64,000 bases of DNA. It comes from Candidatus Omnitrophota bacterium (GTDB lineage Bacteria; Omnitrophota; Gorgyraeia; JABMRG01). This document shows positions 60,201-64,000 of this stretch, in pieces. The notes below the pieces were generated by a model. It made no database searches. It had not been told where the DNA came from and saw only the letters and a program-made list of their open reading frames with translations. The stretch spans positions 33,003 to 97,002 of the forward strand of contig JAUVHV010000002.1 of assembly GCA_030593065.1 (NCBI GenBank). Reading direction: 5' to 3'. The position numbers and the translations under genes were made by a program. Numbering within the stretch: position 1 is the stretch's first letter; each line of letters starts with the position of its first letter.

Positions 60201-60433
60201 TCGACCCCATCAACCTCTTTAAGCTCTCTTTCTATCGGAACCGTGATAAGCTTTTCTATATCAATAGGCGTAGCTCCCGGATAAGTAGTGCTTATAGTAA
60301 CCATATCAAAGCTTACATTAGGAAACACCTCTCTATTCATGCCAAGCAGAACAAATATACCTATCACAATAATCATAGCCGAAATCAGATTAACGAATAG
60401 AGACTGATTTACGCTAAATCGCGGCAAGCTCAT
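57263..60433 (-). CDS. RND-family efflux transporter permease (AcrB/CzcA-like; 12 transmembrane segments and two large periplasmic loops)
   Basis: 1056 aa, with typical RND topology and motifs. Confidence 0.85.
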   Translation of the reverse strand: MSLPRFSVNQSLFVNLISAMIIVIGIFVLLGMNREVFPNVSFDMVTISTTYPGATPIDIEKLITVPIERELKEVDGVDEIRSSSALGASYITVKIDPDGSDKKKIVNDIKDAVDRVKGLPEDIHEDPVTTEIASKQYAIIEVSLSGDMVESSLRYYADILEDQLEDIPGVANAAKSGYRNREVQVHLDPEKMKEFYVSFDEVEEALAARNVSIPAGEFNSETTEYSVRTTGEFTGIEEIEDIIIRANDAGNWLRIKDIAAVKDSFKKEDIIYKTFGDRSINLLIMKKESGDALSIVDKIKIKCDEFLKNCPDALKISYVNDYSYLARRRLNVLRNNGWISLLIVIAIMLLFLQHRVAIVAIMAIPIAFFTTFIIMSTMGITINLMSMFGLIIVLGMLVDDGIIVAENSYRYMEEGLSPREAAIKGTEDVMGAITAAVFTTIAAFSPLLFMTGIIGKFIRNIPTVLIIALIASLGEALIILPSHLADFVKIKIGADGKPKGLKKEQPWFKRLVAVYTKIIETAVKRKWYVFLATSIAAIISIAIMVLSFSGKGPLKFILFPSAGINYFFIRAEAPIGTPLKKTNELIAPVEEIVSKIPREEMDAFVTSVGNIAEDRHDPFAGKASHLVQIAVYLKPEQDRRRSIDQIITQLRVKMKDIKGFTDLRLDKPEAGPPVGKPVEVKARGEDFETLDKIAFEYMDYLKTIDGTTDVTWDHKPGKEEIRIKVDNNKARAAGLSIVQIAKTVRGVFEGIVATKIKPVKAEEETDVTLMFSKEISNDENVFDYIFIQNKYGSLIPLKKIANIDKVPGTTTIRHLDGKRVVTASSNIDTDKITSIRINKMLQEKFRNIRDRYFGYSVKYGGEQEESMKSLLSLLKAFFYAFLIIYLILASFFRSLIQPFIVMLAIPFGIIGVVIAFIAHGLPMSFLAILGIVGLNGIVVNDSIVLVSFINRLRRQGTNRHDSIIKAGQIRLRPVILTTVTTAGGLSTVAYGIGGKDPFLVPMALSICWGIIFATLLTLIVIPCVYSIVDDISLKLTHHSSMIRCRKNGTYKEPAGL

Positions 60434-61899
60434 AGCTTATCCTCATCTGTTTTTAACAGGTTATTCATTGCTACATTTAAATTAATTATCGCTTCTTTAT
60501 AATTATACAGAGATCTTAAGTGTATAAGTTCTGCTATAAAAAAGTCTTTCTGGTAACGCAGGAGCCTATCTGTATCAGAACGCCCCCTGTTAAACCTCTC
60601 TTCTTCACCTATGTATTTTTTATGTTCAAGTTCTGCCGCCTTTTTTAAAAGCCTGACTGAATTATACATCCTTTTTACATGTACAAACGCGTCATTGACC
60701 TCTACAAAGATAAGGCATTCTGTCTTTTTTAAGGCAACAAGCGCTCTTGCTTTTTCAAGCTCTTTTTGCGAATACTCAGCTCTTGCCCTGCTGTTCTCTA
60801 AAGGAAAGCTAAAGATTACTTTCGCAATATATTCAGGCCTGTCCTTGCTTGTTATCTCTCTTATGGAATCGTTAAACTCCCTATCAAGCCCGTTCTTTTT
60901 AAACGTACCTTTCAGGTCTATCTGCGGCCACATGGAACTTCTCTTGATCTCTAAATAAAGATCCATCGATTTTACAGTATTTTTGTCAGCTTTATAATCC
61001 CGCCTATTATTCAGGGCGGTAGTTATAACATCTTCAAATTTAGCGGTAACTTCCCGGCACTCAAAATCATCGACAGGATCTATTATTATGTCCTTATCCA
61101 AATTCAACTTAAGCCTTAGAAGATTAAGGGCGCTGTTAAGTTTATCATTCGCAAATAAGACATCGTTCTCTTTCTGATTCAGGTCTGCCTCTACCGCATA
61201 AAACTCAGGCAGCTCTATCATGCCTATATCATGCATTCTCTTATTTGCTATAAAGAGATTTTTTGTATTTTTCAGCATATTTTCCGTAAGCTCCAAATCT
61301 TTATACGCTAAAACCAGCTTCCAATAAGCCTCTTGAGAGTTGGCTAATTCATATTCTATTTTATCTAAAGAAGTATAACCTGTGTTCTTAATATCAAGCC
61401 CGGTTATTTTTATGGTATTTCTATCTATAATTCCGAGAAAGTTTCTGGCCAGAGGCTGCGTGATAGAGATCGTAGCCGCTGATTCATGATAAGGATTTAT
61501 GCTATATGATGTTGAATTTGTTACTCGGCGTGAATGATCGATATCCAATGACAGCACTGTGCCTGTTGGAAGTTTTTTACTTAAACTTCCCTGCTGCGCA
61601 ACTGTTGTAGTCCTGGTTCCCAATGCAACAGAGTTTTTATTAAGCCTGTCTTCCTCATATTCGTAATAAGCATCCAGATTAGTATCATACACAGACTCGG
61701 CCTTAAGAAGCTCTTTTTCGCTAATGCGCCGGTCTAGCCTATATATCAATATATCAAAATTATTCTCAAGCGCAAGCTTAGACACATCACCTATGCCAAG
61801 CTTTATCCTGTCTTGATCCTGGGCATTAATGGCGTTAACAGGCCCGCATAGAAAAAAAATCAGCAGGCTTACATAGATTGTTCCACATAGCATTCTCAT
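60430..61899 (-). CDS. Outer-membrane efflux channel (TolC/OEP family)
   Basis: Signal peptide and two OEP repeats. A 4-bp overlap with the RND gene suggests translational coupling. Confidence 0.8.
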   Translation of the reverse strand: MRMLCGTIYVSLLIFFLCGPVNAINAQDQDRIKLGIGDVSKLALENNFDILIYRLDRRISEKELLKAESVYDTNLDAYYEYEEDRLNKNSVALGTRTTTVAQQGSLSKKLPTGTVLSLDIDHSRRVTNSTSYSINPYHESAATISITQPLARNFLGIIDRNTIKITGLDIKNTGYTSLDKIEYELANSQEAYWKLVLAYKDLELTENMLKNTKNLFIANKRMHDIGMIELPEFYAVEADLNQKENDVLFANDKLNSALNLLRLKLNLDKDIIIDPVDDFECREVTAKFEDVITTALNNRRDYKADKNTVKSMDLYLEIKRSSMWPQIDLKGTFKKNGLDREFNDSIREITSKDRPEYIAKVIFSFPLENSRARAEYSQKELEKARALVALKKTECLIFVEVNDAFVHVKRMYNSVRLLKKAAELEHKKYIGEEERFNRGRSDTDRLLRYQKDFFIAELIHLRSLYNYKEAIINLNVAMNNLLKTDEDKL

Positions 61900-62993
61900 A
61901 TTTTATCCTTGTGCCTTGCAATCCAACCACCACCTATTACTGCGTTATTCTTATAAAATACCGCGGCTTGGCCCGGGGTAGGCGCATTTTGCGGTTTTGC
62001 AAATATAACTTCACATCTCCCGGGTGAAAAAATATTTAACACAGCTTTTGCCTTATCATGCCTATACCTTATCTTTACATCGACTTTAAGCCTTTTCTGT
62101 TTGGGCTTCAACGGTATGGCCCAACAAGCCTCTTTTATATTAACTCTCTTTCTCAGGGTATCACTATAATCACCTATTACGATATCTCCTGTCCTATGAT
62201 TAATATCTGTTACATATATAGGCTTGCCGTAAGCTATCCTCAAACCTCTCCTCTGGCCTATGGTATAAAAACATGTTCCGTAATGCCGGCCCAGGACTTT
62301 ACCTGTCTTCTCTTTTATGTATCCCGGCTTTATATCCTTTTTTAAATTCTTTTTCAAAAACTTATCCAGGTCATTATCCGCTACAAAACATATCTCCTGC
62401 GACTCTTCTCTATGGAATGACTTCAAATTGAGTTTCTTCGCGACAGACCGAATTTCGTCTTTAGTAAAATCTCCTACCGGAAGTATGAGTCGGGAAAGGA
62501 TATCCTGGTTTAAGCCGAATAGAACATAAGACTGATCCTTCTGCCTGTCTTTTCCGATCTTTACAGTAAACCGTTTTATTTTACGATTATATCCGCACCT
62601 TGCGTGATGGCCTGTTGAGATATATCGCGTATTAAACTCTCCGGCCTTTTTTAGCAATAATGGGAATTTAATTCTTTCATTACACGTGATGCAGGGATTT
62701 GGGGTCAGGCCTCTTTTATAGCTATCTAAAAACTTAACAATAATCTTCTTTTTAAACTCTTTTGCGCAATCTATTACATAATGCGGAATACCGAGTTTTT
62801 GGCATACTTGCCGGGCATCATCAGTCGCATCTGACGAACAATAACTCTTACGTGATTGTTTACCGCAACTTGATTTAGGCAAAACCTTAAAGGTTATACC
62901 TATTACAGAATACCCCTCACTCTTAAGCAGGTAAGCGGCAACCGATGAGTCCACGCCGCCGCTCATAGCAAGCACCACGGATTTTCTATTCAT
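61896..62993 (-). CDS. mnmA: tRNA-specific 2-thiouridylase
   Basis: PP-loop motif SGGVDSSV. Confidence 0.9.
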   Translation of the reverse strand: MNRKSVVLAMSGGVDSSVAAYLLKSEGYSVIGITFKVLPKSSCGKQSRKSYCSSDATDDARQVCQKLGIPHYVIDCAKEFKKKIIVKFLDSYKRGLTPNPCITCNERIKFPLLLKKAGEFNTRYISTGHHARCGYNRKIKRFTVKIGKDRQKDQSYVLFGLNQDILSRLILPVGDFTKDEIRSVAKKLNLKSFHREESQEICFVADNDLDKFLKKNLKKDIKPGYIKEKTGKVLGRHYGTCFYTIGQRRGLRIAYGKPIYVTDINHRTGDIVIGDYSDTLRKRVNIKEACWAIPLKPKQKRLKVDVKIRYRHDKAKAVLNIFSPGRCEVIFAKPQNAPTPGQAAVFYKNNAVIGGGWIARHKDKI

Positions 62994-63007
62994 AATATAG
63001 AAAAATT

Positions 63008-64000
63008 CTATTTTACAAAAGTATTAGCCATAACAAATGCTGCAAATACAACAGAGACCATTGACATAAGCTTAATCAAAATATTCAAAGACGGGCCTGC
63101 GGTATCTTTGAATGGATCACCTACTGTATCACCTACAACACCTGCCTTATGAGCAAAGGAGTTCTTACCCCCATGGGCGCCTTCTTCTATATATTTCTTG
63201 GCATTATCCCAAACCCCACCTGTATTTGCCATCATAACAGCCAATACAAACCCTGAGACAAGTCCGCCAACCAAAAGCCCTACTACGGCTTCAAGTCCCG
63301 CGAATATGCCAACTATTATGGGGGCAAGTAACGCGAGAAGTGACGGCAAAACCATCTCTTTCTGCGCAGCTACAGTAGCTATATTAACACACGTTGCATA
63401 ATCTGCCTTTGCTGTTCCCTCCATAAGCCCTTTTATCTCTTTAAATTGACGGCGCACTTCAACAACTATCTTACTTGCTGCGCGCCCCACTGCCTGAAGC
63501 AGCATTGAACTGAAAAGAAATGGAAGCATGCCACCCATAAAGAGGCCTGTCAAAAGGCGTGGATTTAACAATGAAAGGTCAAGCTCTCTACCAAGAAGGT
63601 GGATCTGGTCTTTATACGCAACTATAAGAGCCAATGCTGTCAATGCCGCAGAGCCTATAGCGAAACCTTTGCCGGTTGCGGCAGTTGTATTGCCGAGTGA
63701 ATCGAGCGCATCGGTTCGTTTTCTTACTTCAGGACCTAAACCTGCCATCTCTACATTTCCACCCGCATTATCCGCGACAGGCCCGTAAGCGTCTGTCGCT
63801 AGTGTAATACCCAAAGTAGATAGCATACCAACAGCTGCTATACCTACACCATAAAGGCCCGCGTTAAAATTAGCTGCGCCGCCTGATAAGTAAAACGCGG
63901 CCAATATCGCCCCACAGACCGCCATAACAGGGATAGCAGTTGAAAGCATGCCAACAGATAAGCCTGCGATAACAGCTGTTGCAGGGCCTGTCTCAGCACT
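63008..64000 (-). CDS. hppA: Membrane-bound proton- or sodium-translocating pyrophosphatase, C-terminal part (the gene continues past the window end)
   Basis: [12 protein letters not shown] ... [11 protein letters not shown] ... the C-terminal transmembrane helices. Confidence 0.85.
   Translation of the reverse strand, partial: SAETGPATAVIAGLSVGMLSTAIPVMAVCGAILAAFYLSGGAANFNAGLYGVGIAAVGMLSTLGITLATDAYGPVADNAGGNVEMAGLGPEVRKRTDALDSLGNTTAATGKGFAIGSAALTALALIVAYKDQIHLLGRELDLSLLNPRLLTGLFMGGMLPFLFSSMLLQAVGRAASKIVVEVRRQFKEIKGLMEGTAKADYATCVNIATVAAQKEMVLPSLLALLAPIIVGIFAGLEAVVGLLVGGLVSGFVLAVMMANTGGVWDNAKKYIEEGAHGGKNSFAHKAGVVGDTVGDPFKDTAGPSLNILIKLMSMVSVVFAAFVMANTFVK

Noticed and set aside
1-64000. CRISPR arrays, IS elements, transposases, integrases, or phage genes
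   Set aside because: None were found. There are no regular short repeat-spacer arrays. The only tandem repeats are intragenic, 120 bp in the giant gene. No DDE, tyrosine or serine recombinase signatures were seen in any frame I examined.

Overview
The window is a low-GC bacterial chromosomal segment, almost entirely minus-strand coding. A guess at a candidate-phylum or PVC-like organism rests on gene content alone and is unverified. Core housekeeping genes run from about 8.4 kb to 64 kb. They comprise the riboflavin operon ribBA-ribH-nusB-PHP-ribD-ribE with an FMN riboswitch, a GAF-GGDEF cyclase, smc, an etfAB/acyl-CoA dehydrogenase set, and the fab/pls cluster (fabF-acpP-fabG ... fabD-fabH-plsX-rpmF). 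They also include yggT-proC-yggS and a complete dcw cluster from mraZ to ftsA that has no ftsZ. Further along are a thermonuclease, an M48 peptidase, rnpB, rnhA, a tRNA(CAU), an RND pump with a TolC-like channel but no adaptor, mnmA, and a partial H+-PPase. The most unusual feature is at the left edge. A single uninterrupted minus-strand reading frame starts at ATG 8139 and runs off the window at position 1, at least 2713 codons. The supplied ORF track does not list it because it has no in-window stop. This giant protein has an N-terminal hydrophobic anchor, a region with TraB/GumN-like motifs, GHKL-like motifs, a beta-rich region, about eight near-identical 120-bp (40-aa) alpha-helical tandem repeats, and a C-terminal HSP90/sacsin-type HATPase motif set. 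Several families of long palindromic, MITE-like intergenic elements are also present, together with an accessory island of zinc-ribbon membrane proteins beside a two-component system.
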